A stretch of 64,000 nucleotides of DNA, taken from the NCBI GenBank assembly GCA_024679065.1, contig JAGIQG010000002.1:64170001-64234000 (forward strand), written 5' to 3'. The DNA is from Sphyrna mokarran. Taxonomy: Eukaryota. The notes under the pieces are model-generated. The model did not search any database, was not told where the DNA came from, and was given only the letters and a program-made list of their open reading frames with translations. A program made the position numbers and the translations under genes. Positions 1 through 13,200 of this stretch are shown here, piece after piece; the first letter of the stretch is position 1, and every line of letters starts with the position of its first letter.

Positions 1-437
1 TGTATAATGAAGGGAAATTGAGGAAACTGATCTTGTATTTTGAGAGTTTCAAAGAATGAGGTGTGATCTCACTGAAACCTACAAAATACATAGAGGAATA
101 AGTGGGGTAGATGCAAGTGAGATGTTTCCCCTGTTTGGGTTGTCTAGATCTAGAGGAAACAATTTCAAAATAAGGAGCAAACTATTTAGGGCCAAGATTA
201 GAAGGATATTTTACTCAGAGGGTTCCAAAATTCTTTGAAATTTTCTACCCAGTGAGCTGAGGAAGATCAGTCATTCAGTATGTTTAAAGCAGAGATTGAC
301 ACATTTCTAAATATCAATGACATAAAGGAATTTGGGAATAGTGTGGGAAAAAGTCATGGAAGTGGATGATCAGCCAGGATTATATTGCATAATGGGACAG
401 GCTCAAAGGGCAGAATGGCTGCTCCTATGTTCCTATA
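1..437 (+). mobile_element. CR1 LINE, 3' end
   Basis: ORF2 C-terminal peptide (DLTETYKI...MFPL...SR.RG.NFKI) and cctatgttcctat tail. Confidence 0.8.
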
Positions 438-941
438 ATTTCATATTGAAAGTATGAGGTTGTGGGGGTGAGCAGTGGGACATAGGTTGGCAGGGAGATA
501 CAAGGAGTCATAAGGGATGTGCAGAAAGCCATAGATGTAATGAGGGATCATGGGATTGGATAGGGGGCACAGGTTGATGTGGGTGGAGATCAGGACATGT
601 GCAGGGTGGGTGAACAGGTGTGAAAGACAATAGGTGCTGGAGGGTTTAATGGATTTTTTAACTTCAATACAATGCTGGTGCTCAAAGACAAGCTTTCTGC
701 CCAGCCCACATCCACACTTGTTCTGGGGTCATCTGGCCCCAGTTCCTAATATAGCTCACCATCTGGATCGAAAATCTGACATCCAGACATTATGAGAAGT
801 CAGGTTGCAGAACTGGAAATTCTCCTAACTCTGCAAACCCAAAGCCGGAACAAAAATCAAAAGACAGGATTTTCTCCTTTCTCAGCAAAAGCAGGAAAAG
901 TAGTGTTGAGGGCACCAATGGCAAAGACAGCTTTTTCCACA

Positions 942-1035
942 GTAAGAAGCCTCACAACATCAGGTTAAAGTCCAATAGGTTTATTTGGTAGCATGAGCTT
1001 TCAGCGCACTGCTCCTTCATCAGCAGCTCACCTCA
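942..1035 (-). mobile_element. Solo Penelope-like terminal repeat fragment (family 1) with hammerhead-like motif at 992-1026
   Basis: Same sequence as the terminus of the GIY-YIG element at 35240-35340; minus strand reads CTGATGA-AGGAGCAGTGCGCT-GAAA-GCTC. Confidence 0.75.
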
Positions 1036-1150
1036 ACACATAAATATTAATACTATATAGCTAATGCACAACTGAGAATGCACTGAACAAATTTTGTTTT
1101 GTATATTGTTTATCTACAGATTACATTGTAGAGTATTTAAAACAACTTAC

Positions 1151-1205
1151 ATTTTGTCAGAATCTGGAAGAGCTCCTCGATAAGGATGGCTGTACAGTGT
1201 AATTC
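1151..1205 (-). CDS. ABCA13: ABCA13 exon (ECD2): [18 protein letters not shown]
   Basis: atttattag|GAATT...AAAAT|gtaagt; 55 nt. Confidence 0.92.
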
Positions 1206-4200
1206 CTAATAAATAACAGACATACATAAAATTTACAGATGAATGAGAGGTACTTGAACAATTAAAACACTCTGATTGGAAGATGCAATGACAAACAGCA
1301 GTGTCAAAACCAGTCAGTGCGTAAGCAGTGGGTTAAAGATTGAATCCTCAGCCAATCGTTCCCATCAAGGGAGATATGCATTTGGCTGCTTAGAAACGTT
1401 CCTGAGAATGTTTCAGGGCAAGAATAGTGGAAAGGTGGAATCAGATCAATCTTTGGCTCTTAATCATTAAATGCAGGGGAGACAATGACATACTGGCATT
1501 GTCACTGGATTAGTCTAATGTCCTGGGAATTCAGGTTCAAATCCAACCAGGGAAGATGGTGGAATTTGAATTTGGTAAAAATCTGGAATTAAAAAGTCAA
1601 CTGTTGACCACAAAACTATTGTCAATTGTCATTAAAACCCATTTAGTTCACTAATGTCCTTTAGGGAAGGAAATCTGCCAAATTTATCTGGTCTGGCCTA
1701 CATGTGCCTCCAATGTGATGGCCATTAAATGCCCTCTGAAATGGCAGTTCAAGGACAATTAGGGATGGGCAACACCCATTTCCCATGAAAGAATTTACTA
1801 ACTGAAATGGGCAAAATTATCTTCAGTATTTTCCAAAGCAAAGGAGAATTATTTCTTCCTTGATTTTCTCCTCACCCTTCTCTTAAAGACTAAATTCCTT
1901 GCTGGTAAGTCATTCCAGGACGAATGCCAATTTTCACTGTTGCACAATCAATTTTTCCACATTCTAACAGAGATGTTGAGGCCATTTTGGGGTTTTACTG
2001 ACATTCTGATTGAGTCAGTAAGATATACACTCAACTCCCACACATATCTATGCTCTGTACTGTGAGCTTGTCACTCCAAAGCAAACAATTGTGTCTTAGA
2101 GTACAATATACTCCAGTGTACATTGTAAATGGATCAGATTGGCCGCAAACTGCTTATTAAAGAAAGATACTAGAAGTTCAGAATGACCAAATGGATGCAG
2201 GGTCCTGTATCAATTAACATGGATGGTGATGGACATTAGAAGGTGAGCACATTATTGACCTCGCCATTAATACTGTTTAAATTTGTCAAAGAAATGTAAA
2301 CATTTTTTGCGTACAATTACTTTTCAGTTGAGGTAGGTATTTGGAGCAATGGAAAGGCCCAACAAACCACACTTTTCTACCAGGCAGCTGGGTGGACCAA
2401 CAATGAATATTACAGATTAAGTTGATCTAAGGCTGAAGAAATAAATGTGCTATTTAAGTCTCTCCATCATATCTTCCTATATTAACTGGTCAAGATCATC
2501 TAACATTTTCAGCTTCATGAAAAAAAATTCACCTGAAGACATAGGCATTAAGAAAAATCTGAGTGGTTCATAAACGTTCACTTCTTGAGAAACCATCATC
2601 ACAGATTAAATTCTTTAGATAACTTCCTTCCTGAACAACAATAATCAAGTGATAAAATACTTAGCAATAAACAAAACAAGGTGTTACATCAGGTATTATT
2701 CTGTGATTTGGGAAGTTGACAGGAACATTGTTCTTATGCATCCTCTCCTCCCTTTGACCGTCAATAGTGGCTGCACCTTCAGCTGCCTAGGTCCCATGCT
2801 ATGGAATTCCCTTACTAAACATAATTCCCTTATTAAACCATTCCATCACCTTTTCCTATCCTTTAAGGCCCTTCGGAAAATTCACCTCTTTGAACAAACT
2901 TCAAATCATCCATTTGAATATCTCCCTTAACTTGGCATTCAGTTTTATTTAACATGCCTTAGCACATTACTTTTTATGTTAAAGACACTATGTAAATGCA
3001 GGCTGTTGCAATAAATATAACGTACTACAGCAGGTAAGCTATTGTGCTCTAGCAATAGTTCATAGATACAATTAGACATAATTGAGATGTACACATTTTA
3101 CCAGCATTATTCCTACAGACATGTTTTTACTGATCATACCGTATTGTGTCCAGTCAGTGCCTGGTGGTAGGTTGGCCCAGAGGATGAGGTTATTGAGCTG
3201 GTTCAGATAGATTGGTTCTGAGTGATAGTGCATTTGATTGTACCACACCTATGAGTAGATAAGAGGTAAGTATTAAAATACGGTAGTACTTTTCATAGGT
3301 CTGATTCTACTATTTAAAATACAGAAACAAAAGGTTAAAAATCATAAATAAAAATAGATTTCCAACCACCTGGCCATGCACTGCAAAATGGTTCTCATGG
3401 CCTTGAATATCCGTCACCTCACAGATGTGCTGTGCCTAATAAAGTGATCTGAAACTCTAAAGGTAGGTGCAATATGTGTTGTGAGATATCTCAACTTGCT
3501 GTCAATCATTGTTACAGGGAACAACTTTTTAGTCTTCTGTCTTCCACTCTGTCTATAAGCAACAGGAGTAGAGATCAGATGTATTAAGCTCCTAGTTTGA
3601 TATAATCTATGATCTTACCTTAATGTTAAAAAAACCCACACTATTATTTTGCCAAGTTTTGTTATATGATTCTCCATAGGAATCCTACACACCAGACTTT
3701 CATTCTGGGGTTGCACCTGACTCCAGGCAGCATTATCTGGTCCTAGCAAGAAACTGTTTTGGTTTGGGGGAGCTTAATCAGTATAAGTCTATCTGCTGCA
3801 AAATACAAGCAGGAACAGAAATTACGTAACTGACTGGAAAATTTAACATTTAGCATAATTCACAGACAGGACTGACTCCATTATAGCTGCTTGCTATCCC
3901 TTTAGGAGGTCAGGGGAAATTAAAACACTACAGACGCAGCGAGTAAAAAGTTCCATCCAGTAATAGATCCTAACAGTCAGTGAAAAAGCTTCTATTCCTG
4001 TTTTATTTTTGAAGTCTTCAATTCCTGTTCATACTAAAAATTACTATTTTGTGGGCAGGAGAAACCCAGGAGAAATCAGAAAGAGCTCATTGGCACTATT
4101 ACTGCGGTCAAGCAGTAACCTGTGATCAAATAAGGCAGTAGCCTCTAAAGATAGTGCAACTCAGATCTAAATTAAACTTAAAATTAAACTGAGTTGCAAA

Positions 4201-7200
4201 ATAAAATCTGGTTTCCAGCTTAAACATGCAGCAAAAAGCTAAGATGATTATAACATCTCCAGAACATCAATGTATATGGTGAACCCACTATGATGGAAGT
4301 ATGGTGAACATCAAAGAGTGTACTTCCATGGTGACAGCCACAGAAGCCTTTGCCACCATCCAGATTATATGCCCACAAATGCAAAATCTGCATAACCTAT
4401 TTGTAAAATCAGATATGCTACATTTGCAAACATTCTCGCTTTTTGTATATTGGAATTCATGCACCCACAGAAGTGGCAAGCAATGATCCAACCAATCACT
4501 ACCAAACTCATTGAATACAATAGCTTATTTAATTCCACCCTTAGAATCCATTTCACTCAAGTGCCACTACAACCAGTCACTTTGATCATCTCAGGTATTT
4601 TATCTTGTGAACACCATTCATAATATCATCAAGACTATGGTAACACCACAGGCCACAAGAAGTACCATTGCAAACTCTATGTTTACACTGGGAGACCAGC
4701 TAACTCTGTAATGATTAGGGAGATTTGTTCACTGAATAGTAATTACTCATTGGTGCTGCAGCACCATGAAACTTGTATGTTTGGAGCGGACATACATATT
4801 CTGCATGGCACAGTTGGACCTGAATGTGTATGCCCATTCCAAGATACAAGTTTCATTGTGCTGCAGCACCAATGAGTAATCACTATTCAATGGACAAACC
4901 TCCCTAGTCATTAGTTGCCAATCCTCCCAGAAGTAGGTGTTACTTTACTCAAAACAAGGGAAAATTAACAATGTCCAAGATTGGCATGTAGGTAATGATT
5001 ATCCAACTTGAACATTGGATAATGTTCGAGCAAAGCATCCAACTGATGATGTATGGACTCCAACAGAAATGGTCAGCATGTGCCCAGAACCAAGATTGAA
5101 TTAATATGAACACCATAGAACATAGAATATAGAACCAAGGGGCATGAAACAAGCCAGATCAGAACAATACCACAATGAGACATATTGAGTAATCATATTG
5201 CAGACAGAACTGGAATAAGACTCATCAGAAACACAGCACCTCTAACCAGTGTTCTGAAAATGTACAACAGCCTCCAGCAAAGATCACTGTACAGATAACC
5301 TGATATATTTCAGAGATTTAAGTTTATTGCTCTGTGTTAAAGTATATTCAGACACACAGTTTTTTCTTTCATTGGCATATATGAAGTTTGATTCTCTCAA
5401 AGTAATTTTTTAATTAGGAAATTGAAAATATTGCAACATGATATTTATAAACCTTTAAGGAAACATGTCTCAAACTGTTTTCAATCACTACCCCAACACT
5501 GGATGTGATATATTAGTCTCATGACTTCTATTAAGTCTAGAAACAAGAATAGAGATCAGATGTACTATACTTCGCCTCCAAATTAACGTTATTTACATAC
5601 AGTCGTGTGGGCCAGAATTTTCCAGCCCCACCTACAGGCAGGGTCTTGGGGTCCCATCGAAGTCTGTGGACTTTTCATAGAATCTCTATAGTGCAGAAGG
5701 AGACCATTCAGCCATCAAGTCTACATGAGCTTTCTGATAGGGCATCTTATCCAGGTCCTTTCTCCACAACCCCTTGTATTCAACTCACCAATCCCCCTAA
5801 CCTAACATCTTGGGACACCAGGAGGCAATGTAGCATGGCCAATCCACCTAAGCTGCACCTAATCTTTGGTCTGCGGGATGAAACCGGAGCAACCAGAGGA
5901 AACCCACACAGATGTGGGCAAACTCCAAACAGTCACCCATGGCTGTTATCAAACCCAGGTCCCTAGCTCTGTGAGGCAGCAGTGCTAACCGCTGTGCCAC
6001 TGCACCACCCTTGGCTGGCTCACTGAATCCACCAAGGCGGGATGCAATGCAACAGGATCAGAAAATCCAAGTCACTATCTTATCTTCAAATAAAGAGTTC
6101 ACATTATTGTTTCATCAATCCTTATATGATTGGTATGTTTACATCAAAGTGAAGAATCTAACAATAGGTTAAGTTTTATAAACTGCCGTAGTCCTGTGAA
6201 GAGGACAATTCATGTGTTATTGTTTCCTCCTGTTCCTTACCACTGTTGGAAGCACAGCAAATTTACCAGCACCTGTGTCTCTAGTTCCTTTAGCACACTC
6301 ACTATCATTGTGTGTCTGTGATGCTAACTCAGATGTTTTGAACTCTCAATTTTATGTGCATTGACAGACCTGTAAGGCACTGCTTAACCACCAACAACAA
6401 TTTTCATGGTCACCCCTCTCTGTTAAGGGTCTTCCATTTTGAGTGCTGTTATTCCATGTTAATCTAAATCCCTTCATAAGCATAAAGTGACAGACTTTTA
6501 TTTTTTGTTTTCATTTATGTTGCAGTAAGACATTATGCCTACATTTATGAAGAGCATTTCCACAGGAGGAGACATAGCTTCAGAGTGACGGATGGAGTGT
6601 CATTGCGAGGAAGATGGAAAAGGGCATTGGTGCTATGACATAGTCCTCTTTGACCCCAGTTGGCACTTATATTGAGTCTGAGATGTTCTGTTGGTGATTC
6701 ATGTCATTGTGGCACAGGCAGTGGGTGATGAATTTCTGTAGGCAGCTGCATTTAAAGAGGATGTTCCACAATCCCTCATTGTTAACAGAGTCAAAGGCCT
6801 TTGCAAGATTGAAGAAGGCCATATACAAAAGTTGATGTTCCTCTCTGCACTTCTTCTGGGTTTGATGTATGCCAAAGATCATGTCCATTGTGCCTCTTGA
6901 TGGATGGAAACTGCACTGAGACTTAGAGAACTCTTCAGCTAGTGGGAGAAGGATTCTCATGATGACCTTTCCCATGGGGGTAGAATAGGGAAATCCCTTT
7001 GTAATTTCCAGTCTGACTTGTCTCATTTCTTTGGTCACAATTAAGACATCTCTGAGGTCTCCCAGCATGCTTCTTTCTTTCCAGATTAGGATGAGGAGGT
7101 TATGGATTCTTGTCAACAGTGCCTCTCCATCGCATTTTAATACTTTAGTGGAGATTCCACCTGTGCCAGGGCCTTGGTGTTTTTCAGTTGTGGGATGGCT

Positions 7201-10200
7201 TTTCTATTTCAAAGCGAGCAGTGTTATATTGAGATGATAGCAGGTAGTGTGTTTGTGATAGTGTCTTGGGCACTTGCATCAAAGAATATTCCTGATGTGG
7301 CCAGGTTGCCCTAGCTCCTATCATAGAGAGACAACTTTCCTTTCTCAATATAGCGGGAGTCATGGACAATAGCCATGCAATTCTATGAAGTTTATATTTA
7401 GCAGCAGTTAGCAGGTAATCTTAGCATTTCAGATGGCACAGTTGTCAGACAAAACACAAAAGAGAAACATTATTCCACTGACTATCACCTACAAATCTCT
7501 ACATAGTCACACCACCACTCTCACCTCACCCCACCACCTCCCTTTCAGTGTCTTCAGGACCTTTGACTCTAGGCTGATCTATTCAGTTTCTGTGCCTTTA
7601 AAAGCCGCATTAAAACACATCTCACTCAACAAGATTTCACAAATCTATTTTAATTATTTCACAATGTCGCTCAATAAGGAGCCCTGGAATATTTTTTCTA
7701 TCTCAATCTCACAAAATAGAAGAAAATAGATAAAAGGCATAAACAGGTAAAAGGTGAGTTCTCGCTCAGGAACCAATGTTCAGAAAACTTGCATTTGACA
7801 TGATTCTAAAAGATTGTGATCAGTGATGCCTGAAATAGTAACTGAGATGAGGATTGAACACCTATTATTAGAAAGATTCAACATCAGCCCAAATACATTA
7901 AATCGCATGACAGGAACATAAGCAGCGAGGCAGGAGGCTCAAAGGATTGAAAGAGAAGCCAATTTTCAAAGTACCTAAGATAGTTCACTTAATTTGAGCT
8001 AGCAATTTTTGGCTTTGTTTCTCTGAACAGTGATACAGGCAGTGACCAGAGGCAATTGCTGAGCTGTAAAAGGTTCAGATTTTGCAAATTCTATTTCATG
8101 TTCTTGATATTTTATGTTGAGTTGAGGAAGTATGAATCAAAGAGGGTGAATTTCCACGGGCATTGCAACTTTGACAGGAGCCCATTTGAATGATGTAAAT
8201 GGTGGGTCAATGGGACAACTCTTATGGAAATTCACTCTCAAATTGTTTCACTGACTTTGTGTCAATATTAGTATTGAACGTCATAATAAGCACAAGGGGG
8301 ATGGATTCTGAAAAATCTGTATCACCACCAGAAATGGATCAAGACAGGATGTCTCCATGTCATTTTGATTTGATTTATTATTCTCACATGTATTAGTATT
8401 ACAGTGAAAAGTATTGTTTCTTGTATGCTATATAGACAAAGTATACTATACATAGAGAAGAAAAGGAGAGTGTGCAGAATGTAGTGGTATAGTCATAGCT
8501 AGGGTATAGAGAAAGATCAACTTAATGAGAATGATCTATTCAAAAGTTTGATGGCAGTAGGGAAGAAATTGTTGTTGAGTGGATTGATACATAAACTCAG
8601 CCTTTTGTATCTTTATCTGGATAGAAGGTGGAATACAGTATGTCTAGCGTGTATATGAAGTCCTTAATTATGCTGGCTGCTTTTCCGAGGCAGCTGTAAA
8701 TGTAGACAGTCAATGAATTGGTGGCTGGTTTGCGTGATGGAATGAGTTTCACTCACAACCCTTTATAGCTTCTTGTGATCTTGGGTGAAGCAGGAGCCAT
8801 ACCAAGCTGTGACACAACTGAGAAGAATGCTTTCTATAGTGTATTTGTAAAAGTTAGTGAGAGTCATAATGGACATGCCAAATTTCCTTAGCCTCCTGAG
8901 GAAGTAGAGGCATTGGTAGGCATTCTTAATTGTAGTGTCAGCAAGGGGGAACCAGGACAGATTGTTGGTGATCTGAGCCTGGACTTTGTTATCTCCTAGC
9001 CTTTTCTGAACATTGGTTCCTGAGGAAGAACTCACCTTTTACCTGTTTATGCCTTTTATCTATTTTCTTCTATTTTGAGAGATTGTGATAGAAAAATATT
9101 CCAGGGCTCCTTATTGAGCGACATTGTGAAACAATTAAAATAGATTTGTGAAGGCTTGTTGAGTGAAATGTGTTTTACTGCAGCTTTTAAAGGCACAGAA
9201 ACTGAATAGATCAGCCTAGAGTTAAAAGACCTGAAGACACTGAAAGGGAGGTGACAGGGGGCAAGGTGTGAGTGGTGGTGTGACTATGTAGAGATTTGTA
9301 GTGATCCTCAGTCAGTGGAGTAATGTTTCACTTTTCTGTTTTGTCTGTCAACCATGTCATTTGAAATGCTAAGATTAATAGATTCCAAGCTGCTCTAGTT
9401 CCATGTATCCAATTTTCTACAGTTAAATGTTAATCTCTCCAAGATTAAACATTACATGAACTATATATTTGATATCTGTAATACAAGCCAGAACACAAAG
9501 CCTGACTCAATGAAGAATGGAGGAAACATGTCATCAGCAGCACCAAGCATACGTGGTGCCAAGCTGGTGAAGTTACAACACAGGACCACATACATTCTAA
9601 ACAGCAAATATTGCATATAATCATAGAATCCCTGTGGTACAGGAGGAGTTTTGACCCATTGAACCAATACAACAACAATCCCATCAAGGCCCTCATCCCC
9701 ACATATTTACCCTGCTAATCCCTCAATATTAAGGGGCAATTTAGCACGACCAATCAACCTTATCTACACATTTGTGGAGCATGAGGAAACTGGCCCATCT
9801 AGAGGAAACCCGCACAGACAGAGGGAGAATGTGCAAACTCCACATAGACAATCACCTGAGGCCAGAATCTGGTGCTGTGAGGCAACAGTGCTAACTACTG
9901 TGCCATTCATTAATTCAGGATGGTCTTGCTAGTGATATTCACATTCCGAGAAAGAATAGAAAGAATATTTAAATGGTACAGGACCAAAATTAATAAGAAA
10001 AAATACAGTAATTGCAATTTTTATTTGTATCCTGTTCATTCAGAACCAAATATCAGATGGTTTGAGAGTTTAGATGAGGGGTGACTTGATCCCCTTTCTT
10101 TGTGACACAAAATTCAACTGATCTATCTATCTCACTGCAGTCCCCATACCTCTCTGTCCTTGTGTCAGCTGCATCTTAGTGATAAGACACTCATTTCCGA

Positions 10201-13200
10201 GTCAGAAGCTGTGTGTGAATTCCACTTCTGATCCTTAATCACAAACCCTGGACTGAGGCACTAGTTCAGTACTGAGGGAGTGCTGCACCATTAGAGGTGC
10301 CACTTTTCAGACACAACAATAAAGTAAAAACTTGTGTTGTGGATGCAAATGATCCCATGGAACTAATCAACAAAGAGCAGAAACATTTTCTCTGATGTGC
10401 TAGCCAATACTTATCCCCAATAAAAGGGCAAATCATCTGATTGTCATCTCAGTCCTGTCTTTCTTTTCAAAGATGGTGAGAAACTGTCTGGAATCCAAAA
10501 CTCTTCAAATGAAAGGCAAGCAAGCAGCAATTGATGAATTCAATTCCCAGAAAGAGTGGAGAGAAATGAAGGACAATCTTTTTGGTTTGTGGATTCAGCA
10601 TTTGACATTCCTGCACTTTTTTCCTCTGAAAAATGTTTCTAAATCCATCATACTTTGCCTCCAACAACACACAGGCATACTCCTAATAACAATGTAATAA
10701 AAAATTATTGTTAATTGGACGATTCTTACCTTCATTAAAGAGTTAATTCCTAGTTGAGTGAAATTGTTTTCCTCGAGATCTTCAGGCAGCACACTTCCAA
10801 TTGACCATCCTCCTAATCTGTTAATATAACAAATTAAGATGATTCTTCCATATTGAGTAGAAAACAAAAGTTCCACATTTAAATTAGTAGCAATGTTTAG
10901 CAGACATTTACATCATTTTATGTTAGGGACGGGCTGGATATATTAGAAAACTAACTATCTTTCTGCCTTTTCACTTGGTGTCAGGACCTTGTGCTTTTTG
11001 ATTTTTGGGATGACATGTCTGTTATAAATCAGTTAGGATTATATTCATTGGAATTTAGAACAGTGAGGGGATCTCATAATAACTTGTAAAATTCTAATAC
11101 AATTAGACAGGGAAGATTCAAAAAGAATGTTTCTGATTGTGGAGAAGTCCAGAACTAGGGGTCAAGGTTTGAGGAATAAGGGATAAGTTTAGTACTGAGG
11201 TGAGGACAAATCTCTTGAAACCTTAGACTTCCTAACCCATAGACAGCAATCAGTCAGCATAGGCAATGCCATGATTATTCTCAACACCGGTGTCCCGCAA
11301 AATTGTGTCCCCAGCACCTTATGATACTCCTTATACAATTAAAACCGTGTGGCCAAATTCTGCTCCAACTCCATTTTCAAGTTTGATGATATCATCAATA
11401 TAGTGGGTTGGACCTCAAACAATGATGAGACAGAGTACAAAAAACAGAGAATCTGGTGAAATGATGTAATGACAATACTCTCTCCCTCAATGTCAATAAA
11501 ATGATAGGAGATAGTCATCAACTTCAGCAAATGTAGTAGAGGATATGCTCCTGGCTACATCAATGGGGATGAAGTTGAAAAGGCTGAGAGTTTCAGGTTT
11601 TTGAACGTCTAGATCACCAAAACCTGTCTTGGTCACTATATGCTGACATTATCATTAAGAAAGTCCACCAATGCCTACAATTTCTCAGGAAGCTAGGGCA
11701 ATTCAGCATGTCCTCTCTCAGAATGTTTACAGGTGTACTATAGGAAGTATTCTCTCTGGTTGTACCACAGCTTAGTATGGTTCCTGCTCTGCCTAAGACT
11801 GCAAAAAATTGCAAAGGGTTATGAATGAAGCCCAGTCCATCATGCAAACCAGTCTTACATCTACACTTCCCACTTTCTCAGAAAAATGGCAGCATAATCA
11901 AAGACCCCCACACCCTGGACATATTCTATTCCATCTTCTTCTACAAGGAAAACAATATAAAATTCTGAGATCATGTACTGACTCAAGCACAGCTTTTTCC
12001 CCGCTGCCATCAGACTTTTGAAAGGGTATACCTTATATTAAGTTTATCTTTCTCTACATCCTAGATATGACCCTAATATCATATTCTGCACCCTGTCTTT
12101 TTCTTCTCCCCTATGTGCTTTATGAATGGAATACTTTGTCTGTATAATGCAAGAAACAATACTTTTCACTGTATACTAACACGTGACAATAATAAGTCAA
12201 ATCAAAAAAATGTCATGTTCTATTTTCCCCTTCTTAATAAATCTTTTGGTCTGCTTCTGTTAATACTAATCTGCTCTCAATCATCAAATCTATTTCTTTC
12301 TCTTGCCAATCTGTATTTTTTTTTTGAATTTAATACTCCCTCAAAAATATTTGTGACTCATGTTTTGGCCACTATTCCCTTTCCATTCTTGTGCCAAATA
12401 CGAACAAACAACTTTAGAGTTGATCTGTTCGTTCCTTGGAAACCTGCCATTTCCTGTCTGCTGCCCTTCCTTTCAGTAATGTTTCTTAGTCCATAATAAA
12501 TCACTCATGCCTCATGTCATTTTATTACATTTATTGAGATTCAGCACCTTGGTCTCTGAACTGTCTCATAATATACCTTGATAAAAAAAAAGTCATATTA
12601 TGCTCACTCATCCCCAAAGACACCCTCAAAACCATGCCGCCAACTCATTTGTCATTGCACAAAGTCCAGTCAAAGATGGCCTGTTGCCTTGTTGGTTCCT
12701 CAGTATATTGGTCCAAAAAACCAACACCTATACACTTCAGAAATTCCTCCTCTATTGTACCTTCTCTAATTTGATTCCCACAATCTATATATACATTAAA
12801 GTCACCCATAATCAAAAATATTCCTTTATCACATGCATTTCTGATTTCCTGTATAAATGCTATAGAAGAAATGAATATTAACAAAACTAGTTAATCTTTA
12901 AAACGGTTCTGAAATTGACACAATAAGCAAAGATTTTGAAAAGATCCTTTAAGAAAAGGATGAGCTTATTATCTTTAAAAGGTGTCAATTAACCAGAGCC
13001 AATTCAAGTTACAATTTCCAAAGTTTTTCTCCACTTCGCATTTCTATATAAATAAATGCAGACAACAAAAAAATTCTTGAAAGGAATTGCAGCTTATTAC
13101 AAGATAATAGAAATGTACCAAGCAAAATTTTCTGTCCCCTCTGTAGCTGTATAAACATCACTTTCTGAGATCTAAGTGCATTAGTTCTTCTTGGAGCTCA

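Larger units (their letters stand above)
3480..6165 (+). mobile_element. Possible heavily decayed LTR retrotransposon relic with nested insertions
   Basis: Degenerate direct repeats at ~3555-3675 and ~5535-6135 (second interrupted); internal peptide [24 protein letters not shown] resembles Gypsy pol C-termini. Confidence 0.35.

Noticed and set aside
5940-6010. tRNA-like A/B boxes (also ~9850, ~23570, ~44420, ~59240, ~1500)
   Set aside because: These are SINE heads, not complete cloverleaf tRNA genes
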